This document shows, in pieces, positions 8,144-16,872 of a stretch of DNA of 18,635 nucleotides. The notes beneath the pieces were generated by a model. That model was not told the DNA's origin and made no database searches. It worked only from the letters and a program-made list of their open reading frames with translations. The stretch is taken from positions 1 through 18,635 of the forward strand of contig CBDBZY010000015.1 of the NCBI GenBank assembly GCA_965213685.1. Reading direction: 5' to 3'. The DNA comes from a bacterium (GTDB taxonomy: Bacteria; UBA8248). Made by a program: the position numbers and the translations under genes. The stretch's first letter is position 1; every line of letters begins with the position of its first letter.

Positions 8144-8254
8144 CTAGGCCAGGAGATAGGCCGCCACCCCGGAGGCGATGAGGAAAACGGCGGCGCCCAC
8201 CTTCACCCCGCAGGCGTCCCACCACAAATGCTTTCGCTGCCTATCCTGAACCAT
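8144..8254 (-). CDS. Possible 36-aa single-TM small protein at the end of the bc operon
   Basis: Not in the ORF track. MVQDRQRKHLWWDACGVKVGAAVFLIASGVAAYLLA-TAG starts 24 nt after the subunit IV stop. GGCGGAG lies upstream but only 3 nt from the ATG. Confidence 0.5.
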   Translation of the reverse strand: MVQDRQRKHLWWDACGVKVGAAVFLIASGVAAYLLA

Positions 8255-8278
8255 GTTCTCCGCCCAAGGCAAAGGAGG

Positions 8279-9058
8279 CTAGATGTTGAACCACGGGGTC
8301 ACCAGAACGTATTTGACGTTCAGCCCGATGCGCAGCACCATCTTCGCCACCAGTCCCATCATCGTCATGTACAGGAACGCCTTGAGGCCGAACCGCACGA
8401 GCCCCACGTTCACCAGACGGTCCCGCCGCCAGATATAGTATGCCGGTATGGTGGCGTACCAGAGCAGCACCATCGCGGTGCCCGCCGCCGCCTGGCCCCA
8501 GTAGCTGCGAAAGCCTATCATGTAGGGCAGGTCCACATTCGTCAGCGCCACCACCTTGTGCGGGTCCCAGTATTCCCACGGCATGAAGAAGTTCCATCCG
8601 GGCCCGCGCAGGAAGGTTCCCTGCACCACCATCCACACCCACAGCACCAGAAACCCGAACAGGAAGGTGATGATGGCGAACCTGCGCTCGTGGAAGGTGT
8701 AATAGCCGTTCCCCCTAGGGTTCACGTCGATATAGGGGATGGCCATCAAGCCCACGATGATGAGGGTGGGCAGGACGACCCCCGCCATCCACGGGTCGAA
8801 ATACACGAGCATCTCCTGGAGGCCCAGGAAATACCATGGCGCCTTGGAGGGGTTCGGCGTGACGGAAGGGTTCGCCGGCTCCTCCAGCGGCGCGTCAATG
8901 ACGATGGACCACACCACCAGCAACAGGGTGATGATGATCGCGCACATGAACTCCAGGCGCGTCAGGTAGGGCCAAACGTGCACCTTGTCGTTCACCCGCT
9001 CCCAACTCGTCTTGGCCATGTCATCGGCGGAGCCGACTACCTTGTCTTCCTTTGCCAA
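8279..9058 (-). CDS. Cytochrome b C-terminal subunit (subunit IV / PetD-like) of a Rieske/cytb complex
   Basis: VWPYL..LEF, APLEEPANPSVTPNPSKAPWYFLGLQEML (PEWY-equivalent), IPYIDVNP, GTFLRGPGW, about five TM helices. Lies directly downstream of cytochrome b6. Confidence 0.9.
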   Translation of the reverse strand: MAKEDKVVGSADDMAKTSWERVNDKVHVWPYLTRLEFMCAIIITLLLVVWSIVIDAPLEEPANPSVTPNPSKAPWYFLGLQEMLVYFDPWMAGVVLPTLIIVGLMAIPYIDVNPRGNGYYTFHERRFAIITFLFGFLVLWVWMVVQGTFLRGPGWNFFMPWEYWDPHKVVALTNVDLPYMIGFRSYWGQAAAGTAMVLLWYATIPAYYIWRRDRLVNVGLVRFGLKAFLYMTMMGLVAKMVLRIGLNVKYVLVTPWFNI

Positions 9059-9097
9059 TGTTCTCTCGCCCTTCTCGTTGTGCGCGGATAAGGAAAC

Positions 9098-9886
9098 CTA
9101 GAGAGGCCCCGAGATGCCGCCGTCTTTCCGGATTCTCCAAAAATGCACCATCATCAAAATCGAGGCTATCAAGGGAACGACGATGCAATGCAGCACGTAA
9201 AAACGCAGGAGCGTGGGCGGGCCGACGATGGTTCCGCCCAGAAGCGCCGAGCGCGCGTCGAAGCGGGGCGTGACGCCCACCATCTCGGCGAACGGGCCCT
9301 CATGCCCCAGCAGGGGCGTGGCCCGCGCCATGTTGGTTCCCACCGTAACCGCCCAGATGGCCAGCTGATCCCACGGAAGCAGGTAGCCGGTGAAGCTGAG
9401 CAGAAGGGTCAGCGTCAGCAACAGCACCCCGATCACCCAGTTGAACTCGCGGGGCGGCTTGTAGGAGCCCGTCATGAAGACGCGCAACATGTGCAGCCAG
9501 ACGGCGATGACCATGGCGTGTGCCGCCCATCGGTGCATGTTCCGCATGAACATTCCGAAGGGGGCGTCAAACTCCAGGAACTTGATGTCGGCATAGGCGT
9601 ACTCGCCCACGGGCCGATAGTAGAACATCAGAACCACGCCGGTGACGACGAGATAGAGGAACAGCAGAAAAGTCACGCCGCCCATGCACCAAGTGAAGCG
9701 GATGCGAATGGCGTGGCGCCGGATTTTCGTGGGGTGGAGATGCAGCCACAGGTTGTCCACCACCATGAGAACGCGGTTCCTCGGCGTATCCTCATACCCG
9801 TGGCGAAACATCGACCTCCATACCTGGGAATCGAGAACGTTCCTCTTTACCTGATCCAGGTTGAAGCGTTCTTTCAGACTTGGCAT
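9098..9886 (-). CDS. petB: Cytochrome b6-type N-terminal cytochrome b subunit
   Basis: WCMGG (heme ci Cys position), [54 protein letters not shown]...HFWRIRK, and the b6-type C-terminus GISGPL. Confidence 0.95.
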   Translation of the reverse strand: MPSLKERFNLDQVKRNVLDSQVWRSMFRHGYEDTPRNRVLMVVDNLWLHLHPTKIRRHAIRIRFTWCMGGVTFLLFLYLVVTGVVLMFYYRPVGEYAYADIKFLEFDAPFGMFMRNMHRWAAHAMVIAVWLHMLRVFMTGSYKPPREFNWVIGVLLLTLTLLLSFTGYLLPWDQLAIWAVTVGTNMARATPLLGHEGPFAEMVGVTPRFDARSALLGGTIVGPPTLLRFYVLHCIVVPLIASILMMVHFWRIRKDGGISGPL

Positions 9887-9940
9887 CTATGACCTCCACC
9901 CACTCGCGTCAAAAACGAACGGAAATCCCTTGCTTGGCTA

Positions 9941-10495
9941 TCAGATAAAAAGAAAAGAGCCGGGAGACTGCCACTCCCCTTTTTCGTGGCGAAAAATCTT
10001 CCCCTTGTCGATGACGATCTGCCCGTCCTCGGCGAGGCCGATTTTCAGCCTCTCCAGCGGCCTCGGGGCCGGACCCTCGAAGTTCACCCCCGTTCGGCGA
10101 AATCCGCTTCCGTGGCACGGGCACTTGAACTTGTCTTCGGCGCCCAGATATTTCGGCGTGCAGCCCAGATGGGTGCATATCGCACTCAGGGCGTAGAACC
10201 CGTTCTGCTCGCGAATGATCCAGACGCGCTCGCTGTTCACGTACCGGGTGTCCACCACGCCCACGGCGTAGTTCGCCGGATCTCCCGCCTTGAACTCGGT
10301 GGGGGGCTCGAACAGGACGCGCGGGAACATGAATCGCAAAAACCCCAGCAGGGCGATATGGATGCTGCCCAGGATGCCGAGCCATCCCGTGTAGTTCATG
10401 AACCGCCTGCGATCGATAAACTCTTTTTTCTGTTTCGCCTCCGCCTCGTAGTCAGAGGGCAATTTCACCTGGGGGGATTTCAAGCGAGTGTTCAT
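9941..10495 (-). CDS. petC: Rieske [2Fe-2S] subunit of a cytochrome bc/b6f-like complex
   Basis: Tat-like DRRRFM plus TM helix, CTHLGC and CPCHGSGF boxes, GPAPRPL. AGGAG upstream. Confidence 0.95.
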   Translation of the reverse strand: MNTRLKSPQVKLPSDYEAEAKQKKEFIDRRRFMNYTGWLGILGSIHIALLGFLRFMFPRVLFEPPTEFKAGDPANYAVGVVDTRYVNSERVWIIREQNGFYALSAICTHLGCTPKYLGAEDKFKCPCHGSGFRRTGVNFEGPAPRPLERLKIGLAEDGQIVIDKGKIFRHEKGEWQSPGSFLFI

Positions 10496-10737
10496 CCGAA
10501 CGTTGCACTCCTATTCTTTCTCAACGCGCACCCGGGAATCCAGCGTCGCCGTCCAGGGAGCCTCCGCCTTCCAACGACCGGCAGATGGTACGTTCTCCGC
10601 CATCTCCGCCAGAAACTACCCATCGGCCCAGCAGGAAACCGGTTCGCCCGGTGTTAGGCGCGGGCGACGGCGCGGCCTCGCCGGACGTCGAGGCCATTAT
10701 TGTGGTGGCGGTGAACATGCAAAATACTTACGGATTC

Positions 10738-10766
10738 TTATTACGGGCGAAACCGCCTCCTGTCAA
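10738..10766 (-). promoter_or_regulatory. Possible sigma70 promoter of the bc operon
   Basis: Minus strand TTGACA (10766-10761), 17 nt spacer, TAATAA (10743-10738). The -10 lacks the conserved last T. Confidence 0.4.
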
Positions 10767-10841
10767 GACCCGAAGCGGCGTTTCTCCTTATCGGTTGTTT
10801 CCATGTTGACCATTCTCATCTCGGAAAATTTCATGCTCTTG

Positions 10842-11831
10842 CTACAAACCCATTCTGCTCCTCCCTTTCACGCCCCGATTCACCACGTTCACGGGCCAGG
10901 CACCGGACAAGACGCGCTTCACCTCGTTGGGCGCGCCGTGCTGGAGCCCCACCATCGATTGTTCGCTGTACCACGCCGCGTGCGGGTTGATGATGACGTT
11001 TTCGCGGCCGCGCAGGGGATGCGGGTCGGGCAGGGGCTCCGGGTCGGTCGTGTCCAGGGCGCATCCGGCGATCTCGCCCGAATCCAGGGCGCGCACCAGG
11101 GCGTCCGTATCCACAATCGGCCCGCGGGAGCAGTTGATGAGAAAAGCGGTGGGCTTCATCCGGGAGAAGGCCTCGTCATTCATCATCCCGCGCGTCTGGG
11201 GAATCAGCGGCGGGTGGATGGAGACGAAATCAGACACCGCGAACATCTCCGGCAATTCCATCTTCTCGCCCGGGACATCGAACTGCCCCGCCTCCACAAA
11301 GGGGTCGTGGAACAAAACGCGCATCCCGAACGAGGCGGCGCGCACCGCCACCATGCGGGCGATGTTGCCGAAACCCACGAGCCCGAGCACCGCGCCCGCG
11401 AGCCGGAACATCGGCTTGCCCGGCGGCACCTCCCACCTGCCCGCGCGCACCTGCCTGTCGTAGAAGGCCACCTTCCTCGCCGATGCGAGCAGGAGCGCCA
11501 TCGTGTGCTCGGCGACTTCCTCGATGCAGTAGGTGGGATTGTTCGTGACGATGATGCCCGCCTCCGTGGCGGCCTCCAGATCAATCGTATCCACCCCGAT
11601 GCCGTATCTCGCGATGATCTTGCAATGCGGCATGCGCGACATGTCCTCTTTCGTGATGGGCCCCGCATAGGTGTTCAGAATCGCCTCGCAATCAGCGGCC
11701 TCGCCCAGGAATTCCGCCGGCGCCTTCGTTTGCATGGCGACGACATCGGCCAGTGCTCCCAGAATCCCGTTCTCCACGTCCAGGGATTCCCAGACGTAAT
11801 CGGTCAGGACAACTTTCGCCTTCCCAGGCAT
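10842..11831 (-). CDS. D-isomer-specific 2-hydroxyacid dehydrogenase (CtBP-like / SerA-like)
   Basis: RYGIGVDTID, EEVAEHT, GLVGFGNIA (Rossmann), INCSRGPIVD, LDTTDPEP, NPHAAWYS. Start at ATG 11831 after AAAGGGG. Confidence 0.93.
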   Translation of the reverse strand: MPGKAKVVLTDYVWESLDVENGILGALADVVAMQTKAPAEFLGEAADCEAILNTYAGPITKEDMSRMPHCKIIARYGIGVDTIDLEAATEAGIIVTNNPTYCIEEVAEHTMALLLASARKVAFYDRQVRAGRWEVPPGKPMFRLAGAVLGLVGFGNIARMVAVRAASFGMRVLFHDPFVEAGQFDVPGEKMELPEMFAVSDFVSIHPPLIPQTRGMMNDEAFSRMKPTAFLINCSRGPIVDTDALVRALDSGEIAGCALDTTDPEPLPDPHPLRGRENVIINPHAAWYSEQSMVGLQHGAPNEVKRVLSGAWPVNVVNRGVKGRSRMGL

Positions 11832-11885
11832 GTTTTTCCCCTTTTGTTTTCCGCCCATCGACCCGACAACAGATTTCGATGAGCG

Positions 11886-11914
11886 ATGCTATCCCACGCA
11901 AATACGGGAATCAA
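11886..11914 (-). promoter_or_regulatory. Putative sigma70 promoter of the dehydrogenase gene
   Basis: Minus strand TTGATT (11914-11909), 17 nt spacer, TAGCAT (11891-11886). Confidence 0.55.
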
Positions 11915-11991
11915 GGCGTTTTGCCCATTCCCCGACCCGCCCGAAAACGCTATCATGCGCCCTCTGGACACCTCCTGTTCCTGGAGAGCGG

Positions 11992-12561
11992 ATGCCGGTA
12001 AGCGTTGATTCGTTTCGACTCCGGCCGGAAGAGTCCCTGCTGCTCATCGTCGACGCGCAGGAAAGGCTCCTGTCCGCCATGCGAGAGGACGTCCGCGCCC
12101 AGGTGGTCGGACGCATTCTCACCCTGGCCGAGGCGGCGTCGCGCCTCGATTTTCCGGTCATCGTAACGGAGCAATACCCCGAAGGGCTTGGCGCTACGGT
12201 CGGCGAAGTCGCGTCCAGAATCCCCGCGTTCTCGCCCATCCCGAAGGTCTCGTTCAGCTGTTGCGGGGCGGAGGCCTTTTTGCCGCGCCTGCGCGAATCC
12301 GGCAGAACCAAAATACTGCTCACCGGAGCGGAGGCGCACGTCTGCTGCTATCAAACGGCGCTCGACTTGCTGGAAAACGGCTTCATCGTTCATGCGGTGG
12401 CCGACGCGCTCTGCTCCCGCTCTAAGCTGAACTGGCGGACGGGGCTCTCCGCCCTCCGGTGCGCCGGGGCGATCCCGACGACGACCGAACAGGCGCTGTT
12501 CGACCTGCTTCGAGTGGCCGGCACGGAGGATTTCAAGCTTCTGTCAAAACTGATACGCTGA
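11992..12561 (+). CDS. Isochorismatase-family cysteine hydrolase
   Basis: LLIVDAQERL, TEQYPEGLGAT, PKVSFSC, GAEAHVCCYQTALDL, VADALCSR. GGAG upstream of ATG 11992. Confidence 0.92.
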   Translation: MPVSVDSFRLRPEESLLLIVDAQERLLSAMREDVRAQVVGRILTLAEAASRLDFPVIVTEQYPEGLGATVGEVASRIPAFSPIPKVSFSCCGAEAFLPRLRESGRTKILLTGAEAHVCCYQTALDLLENGFIVHAVADALCSRSKLNWRTGLSALRCAGAIPTTTEQALFDLLRVAGTEDFKLLSKLIR

Positions 12562-12611
12562 TTCACCCGCCCGCCGGCGCTTCACGCCCCCCGACAAAGG
12601 ATTTGCCCGCC

Positions 12612-13718
12612 ATGGCGCCATCCGCATCTCCTCCAATCAGGGTCGGCGTGCTGTTCGGCGGCCGCTCCACCGAGCACGAGGTGAGCCTCAGCTCGGGCAA
12701 AGCCATCATGGCGGGCCTCGACCCGCAGAAATACGAGGTTTGCCCCATACTTGTCACGAAATCAGGGGAATGGCTCGCCCTTCCCGCCCCCGACGCGCCC
12801 GCCGGTGATGGCGAGGAGGTTCTTTTCTCCGCCACCCCGACCGGGGAGACGCTCCGATACGCTTCGAGCCATGCGAGCCTCCATATCGACGTGTTTTTCC
12901 CGATCATCCACGGCACTTTCGGGGAAGACGGCACCCTCCAGGGGATGTTCGAGTTGGCGGAGGTTCCGTTCGTGGGGTCCGGGTGCGCGTCGTCCGCCAT
13001 ATCGATGGACAAGGCGGTCGCCAAAGCGGTGCTGCGCGCGGCCGGGCTGCCCGTCTTGCCGGCTCTCACCCTGCATCGGGAGGCGTGGGACGAGGCGCGC
13101 GGCGCCGTCGAGAAGGAGGCGGCCGCCAAAATCGGATATCCGCTATTCGTCAAGCCCGCTTCCTCGGGCAGCAGCGTCGGCATCCACCGCGTGGAGCATC
13201 CCCGGGAGGTGCGCGACGCCGTCCACGACGCCTTCCGGTTCGACCGGAAGGTCTTGATCGAAGAACACGCCCAGGGGCGCGAGCTGGAGTGCGCCGTGCT
13301 CGAGAAGCCATCGCCAGGGGGGGACATCATCGCCAGCCCGTTGATGGAAATCAGGACGTTCTCCGGCGGCTGGTATGACTACGAGGCGAAATACGAGGAG
13401 GGGCGCGCCGAGCTCATCGTCCCGGCGCGCGTGGAAGAATCCGTCGCGGACAACGTGCGCTCCTGCGCGCGGAGCGCGTTTCGGGCGCTGGGCTGCTCCG
13501 GACTGGCCCGCGTGGACTTTTTCTACCGCGAAAAAACGGGGGAGACCTACATCAACGAGGCGAACACGCTTCCCGGGTTCACGCAGCTGAGCGGGTATCC
13601 CCGGATGATTCGGGCGGCCGGCGTTCCCTACCCGCAAATGCTGGACTGGTTCATCCGCTGCGCACTCCAGCGCCACGAGAGGCTGGGGGCGAGGGAATAC
13701 AACAGAAGAAACCTTTGA
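12612..13718 (+). CDS. ddl: D-alanine--D-alanine ligase
   Basis: GVLFGGRSTEHEVSLSS, HGTFGEDGTLQG, MDKAVAK, FVKPASSGSSVGI, YDYEAKY, RVDFF, NEANTLPGFT. Start placed at ATG 12612. Confidence 0.96.
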   Translation: MAPSASPPIRVGVLFGGRSTEHEVSLSSGKAIMAGLDPQKYEVCPILVTKSGEWLALPAPDAPAGDGEEVLFSATPTGETLRYASSHASLHIDVFFPIIHGTFGEDGTLQGMFELAEVPFVGSGCASSAISMDKAVAKAVLRAAGLPVLPALTLHREAWDEARGAVEKEAAAKIGYPLFVKPASSGSSVGIHRVEHPREVRDAVHDAFRFDRKVLIEEHAQGRELECAVLEKPSPGGDIIASPLMEIRTFSGGWYDYEAKYEEGRAELIVPARVEESVADNVRSCARSAFRALGCSGLARVDFFYREKTGETYINEANTLPGFTQLSGYPRMIRAAGVPYPQMLDWFIRCALQRHERLGAREYNRRNL

Positions 13719-13800
13719 CAGCCGCGCGCCGCGCGACTCGATTCGGCAGGGGAGGGAGGAAAGCCCGCCGCACTCCGGCGCCGCGCGGTGCGCTCCAGCA

Positions 13801-14793
13801 TCAGGCGCCCAGGCAGCCTCCCAGGAACTCCAGCGCGCGATCCTCCGCCCAGTAGACCGGCGCGCGCACGCTGCGGCCCGACACGAAGCCCACATGCCCC
13901 CCCCTCTCCGACAAAACGCCGTGGAGCCAGCGCGATTCCTCCACCTCCCGACGCGGAAACACATGGGACGGGACGATGGGGTCGTCCCTCGAGGAGAGGA
14001 TGAGCGTTTTCACGCGAATGCGGGACAGATACGGGGAGGAGTCGGCTTGCGCGTAATAATCCATCTCGTCCCGAAAGCCGTAGAGGGGCGCCACAACCAG
14101 GCGGTCATAGAGGTGAAAAGTTCGCGCGCGCCTGATTTTTGCGACGTCCAGGAGATGGGGGTGCGACTCAGACAGGCCATAGGCTTTTCGCTTCGCCCTG
14201 CCCAGCAGGTGCTGCCTGTAGAAATAGCCCCGCAAAGAATCCAGCACCCGCGCGCACGAGGCGGGTGCGAAACAGACGGAAATTCCGGCAGCACCGCGCA
14301 CATGCGGCGAAACCCCCTCCCCGCATTCTCCCAGCCACTTCAGCAAGACGTTCCCGCCCAGGGAGAAGCCCACCAGCCCCAGAGGCGGGGGAAACCTTTC
14401 GAGAATCCTGCCCACCACGAAGCCCAGGTCTCCCGTCTCTCCGCAATGGTAGAATCGCGGCTTTCGATTCGGCGCGCCGCTGCAGGAGCGGAAGTTCAAG
14501 GCCAGCGTCCTCCAGCCCAGCGCGCGCGCCTTCGCCGCCGTCCCGCGCACGTAGTGGGAGTCGGAAGACCCCTCCAGGCCGTGCAGCACCAGCAGGGTGG
14601 GGGCGTTCGATGCGTCCGCATCGAGAAAGTCGACGTCGAGGAAATCGCCGTCGGGCGTGTCCCAGCGCTCGCGTCGCCAGGCGACTTGCGGGCGTTTTCG
14701 CAAAAAATACCCCCACGCGCTCTGCAGATGGCGCCCCGGGCAATACCAGGCGGGACGGAACGGGGCTGCGGGCGAGAGGGCGGGAGGAGTCAT
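13801..14793 (-). CDS. YheT-family alpha/beta hydrolase (ABHD-like esterase or phospholipase)
   Basis: RERWDTPDGDFLDVD, LHGLEGSS, NFRSCSG, GFSLGG (nucleophile elbow), DDP and GGHVGF (triad). Start placed at ATG 14793; the longer ORF overlaps the upstream gene. Confidence 0.92.
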   Translation of the reverse strand: MTPPALSPAAPFRPAWYCPGRHLQSAWGYFLRKRPQVAWRRERWDTPDGDFLDVDFLDADASNAPTLLVLHGLEGSSDSHYVRGTAAKARALGWRTLALNFRSCSGAPNRKPRFYHCGETGDLGFVVGRILERFPPPLGLVGFSLGGNVLLKWLGECGEGVSPHVRGAAGISVCFAPASCARVLDSLRGYFYRQHLLGRAKRKAYGLSESHPHLLDVAKIRRARTFHLYDRLVVAPLYGFRDEMDYYAQADSSPYLSRIRVKTLILSSRDDPIVPSHVFPRREVEESRWLHGVLSERGGHVGFVSGRSVRAPVYWAEDRALEFLGGCLGA

Positions 14794-14821
14794 GCCGCGG
14801 CGGGCAGGCGGGACGATAAGG

Positions 14822-15739
14822 CTACCCGTCTGTCGCGAGAAAGGCTCTGTAGACGTCCTCGCGAGTCGTTGGCGCACCCTGGCGATAGTCTTTTTCGTAT
14901 TTCTGGGCCAACACCTGATACAGTCCCAACGAGCTGCAGAAAAACGCCGTCGCCGAGCAGACCAGCCAGACGCGATACACCCGATAGGTGCGCTCGCCGA
15001 CCAGCTCCTTGATTCTTTCGGCGTTCTCCTCGAATTTTGCATACCATTGCTTGCACGTGCGCGCATAGTGAAGCCGGAGATTCTCCACGTCCAGAATCTC
15101 CCAACGCTCCCGCTCCATCACGTCCTGGATATGGGAGATGTTGTCCATCTCGCCGTTGGGGAAGACGTTGCGCAAAAGGAAATCGTGCTGGCTCGTGCGC
15201 TTCCAGAACTTGTTCGCCGTAATCCCGTGATTCAGGAACAGCCCCCCGTCGCGCAGGCGGTTCCTGACGGAGGCGAAGTAGGCCGGATAATTCGCGATGC
15301 CGATATGCTCGATGATGCCGACGGCGGAGATTTTCTTGAACTTCCTCTCTTCCGGGAAATCCCGATAATCCATGTGATGAATCTGGCACCTCTGTTCGAG
15401 CCCCTCGCGGCGGACCCACTCCTGGCCCCATTTCGCCTGCTCCCGCGACAACGTCACGCCGGTCGCGTTCACCCCGTATCGCTTCGCCGCCCATATGGCC
15501 AACGAGCCCCATCCGCAGCCGATGTCGAGGTAATCCTCCCCCGGGGAGAGCCGGAGTTTCTGGCAAACCAGGTCCATCTTGTCGCGCTGGGCCTGGTCGA
15601 GATCGCCGTCGGGTGCGCGGTAGTAGGCGCACGTGTACAGCATGTTTTCACACAAAAACTGCTCGTAAAACTCGTTGGACAAGTCATAGTGGTGCGAGAT
15701 CGCCTCGGCGTCGAATTCCTTTGTTCTCTCTTTTACCAT
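14822..15739 (-). CDS. CFA-synthase-family SAM-dependent fatty-acyl methyltransferase, catalytic domain only (305 aa)
   Basis: AISHHYDLSNEFY, MLYTCAYY, LDIGCGWG, GVTLSREQ, GIIEHIG, LNHGI, VFPNGE, HYART. ATG 15739 follows GAGG. The ORF-track extension to 16618 is an out-of-frame overlap with the reductase. Confidence 0.92.
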   Translation of the reverse strand: MVKERTKEFDAEAISHHYDLSNEFYEQFLCENMLYTCAYYRAPDGDLDQAQRDKMDLVCQKLRLSPGEDYLDIGCGWGSLAIWAAKRYGVNATGVTLSREQAKWGQEWVRREGLEQRCQIHHMDYRDFPEERKFKKISAVGIIEHIGIANYPAYFASVRNRLRDGGLFLNHGITANKFWKRTSQHDFLLRNVFPNGEMDNISHIQDVMERERWEILDVENLRLHYARTCKQWYAKFEENAERIKELVGERTYRVYRVWLVCSATAFFCSSLGLYQVLAQKYEKDYRQGAPTTREDVYRAFLATDG

Positions 15740-15756
15740 GCCCGCCTCAATCTTTT

Positions 15757-16872
15757 TTAGCCTATTCCGAATGCGCCTTCCAAAACCAGCCGGCGTCTCA
15801 ACCAGGCGTTGCCGCAGATGAACCTGGCCACCCCCGAAAGAACGCTGTCGGGAACATGATCGATCAACTTGTCCAGCACCCCTTCCCCGCCGCTGCCGTA
15901 GCTCTCGGAAATCGCGCGGCCGTACGCGAGAAGGCCCTCCCCCGTCTCCAGGTGCGCGTCCACCGCCCGCGCCGCCATCCTGGCGCTGTGAACGGCGGGG
16001 CCGATGCCCTCCCCGCTGAAATCCTTGGCCAGGCCGGCGGCGTCGCCGATCAGAACGAACGCGTCGCCCGCCGGGTGCCGGACATGCCTGCGATGGACGG
16101 AATAGGCGTGGCCGCGGAATTTCGTCAGCTCCAGCTTCGGGGGCAGCCTTCCCGTCCGGCGAAACTTGTCCAGCAGAATTTTCAGCCGTTCGTGAACGCT
16201 CGGGCGCTTGCCGATGCACCCCACGCCGATATTCAGAAAATCCCCTTTGGTGAAATACCAGGCGTAACCCTTGAAATCGGGCTCCGCGAACAACTCGGGC
16301 AACCCATAGTGGGGCGCCAGGGCGCGGAGCGTCTCCGCCCCCACGTTCGTTTCGCTCTCCTGCGTGAGGACGACGGATTCGTTCGCCGAGACTTCGCCAA
16401 AAGCCCTGGCGACGGGACAGGTGTGCCCGCCCGCCCCGATGACGACGGGGGCCTCGATTTTCTCGCTCCCGACGTCCACGCGCATCCCCCGGACCGTCTT
16501 CTCCACGCCCCGTACCCGCGCACCCTCCCGCACCTCGGCGCCCGCCTCCCGCGCGCGAGAGAGAAGATGGGTGTCGAACTGGCTGCGGATGATTCCATAA
16601 CTCGCGGGTTCTTTCCATTTCGTCTCATGGAGCCGGTCGTCATAGCCCACGAACACGCTCTGGAACGGCTGTATCGTATGCGGATATTCCTCCGGGAGGA
16701 GCTCCAGATCCGCCATGACCCGTTTCGTCACCCAGCCCGCACAGAGTTTTACGCGCGGGAAGGTGGCCGCGTCGAGCAGCAACACCCGACGGCCCCGCCG
16801 GGCGAGATCCCAGGCAGCCGTGCTGCCTCCCGGACCGCCCCCGACGACGAGAACATCCCTCGAAAGGCTCAT
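15757..16872 (-). CDS. FAD-dependent oxidoreductase, geranylgeranyl-reductase-like
   Basis: DVLVVGGGPGGSTAA, FPRVKLCAGW, RSQFDTHL, GYAWYF, LIGDAAGLA..FSGEGIGPA. ATG 16872 overlaps the upstream stop (ATGA). Confidence 0.92.
   Translation of the reverse strand: MSLSRDVLVVGGGPGGSTAAWDLARRGRRVLLLDAATFPRVKLCAGWVTKRVMADLELLPEEYPHTIQPFQSVFVGYDDRLHETKWKEPASYGIIRSQFDTHLLSRAREAGAEVREGARVRGVEKTVRGMRVDVGSEKIEAPVVIGAGGHTCPVARAFGEVSANESVVLTQESETNVGAETLRALAPHYGLPELFAEPDFKGYAWYFTKGDFLNIGVGCIGKRPSVHERLKILLDKFRRTGRLPPKLELTKFRGHAYSVHRRHVRHPAGDAFVLIGDAAGLAKDFSGEGIGPAVHSARMAARAVDAHLETGEGLLAYGRAISESYGSGGEGVLDKLIDHVPDSVLSGVARFICGNAWLRRRLVLEGAFGIG

Noticed and set aside
10521-10718. 65-aa ORF upstream of the Rieske gene as a leader peptide or subunit
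   Set aside because: No RBS, no TM helix, and a low-complexity Gly/Ser/Pro composition.
12612-13718. Van-type D-Ala-D-Lac ligase (glycopeptide resistance), given nearby D-hydroxyacid dehydrogenases
   Set aside because: The omega loop YDYEAKY is the D-Ala-D-Ala type, the dehydrogenases are not in an operon with it, and no vanX/vanRS genes are present.
15740-16618. Apparent 598-aa methyltransferase with a long N-terminal extension, or a reductase-methyltransferase fusion
   Set aside because: The extension is a Gly/Arg-rich alternative frame over the reductase. The reductase has its own stop at 15757 and the methyltransferase its own RBS and ATG.
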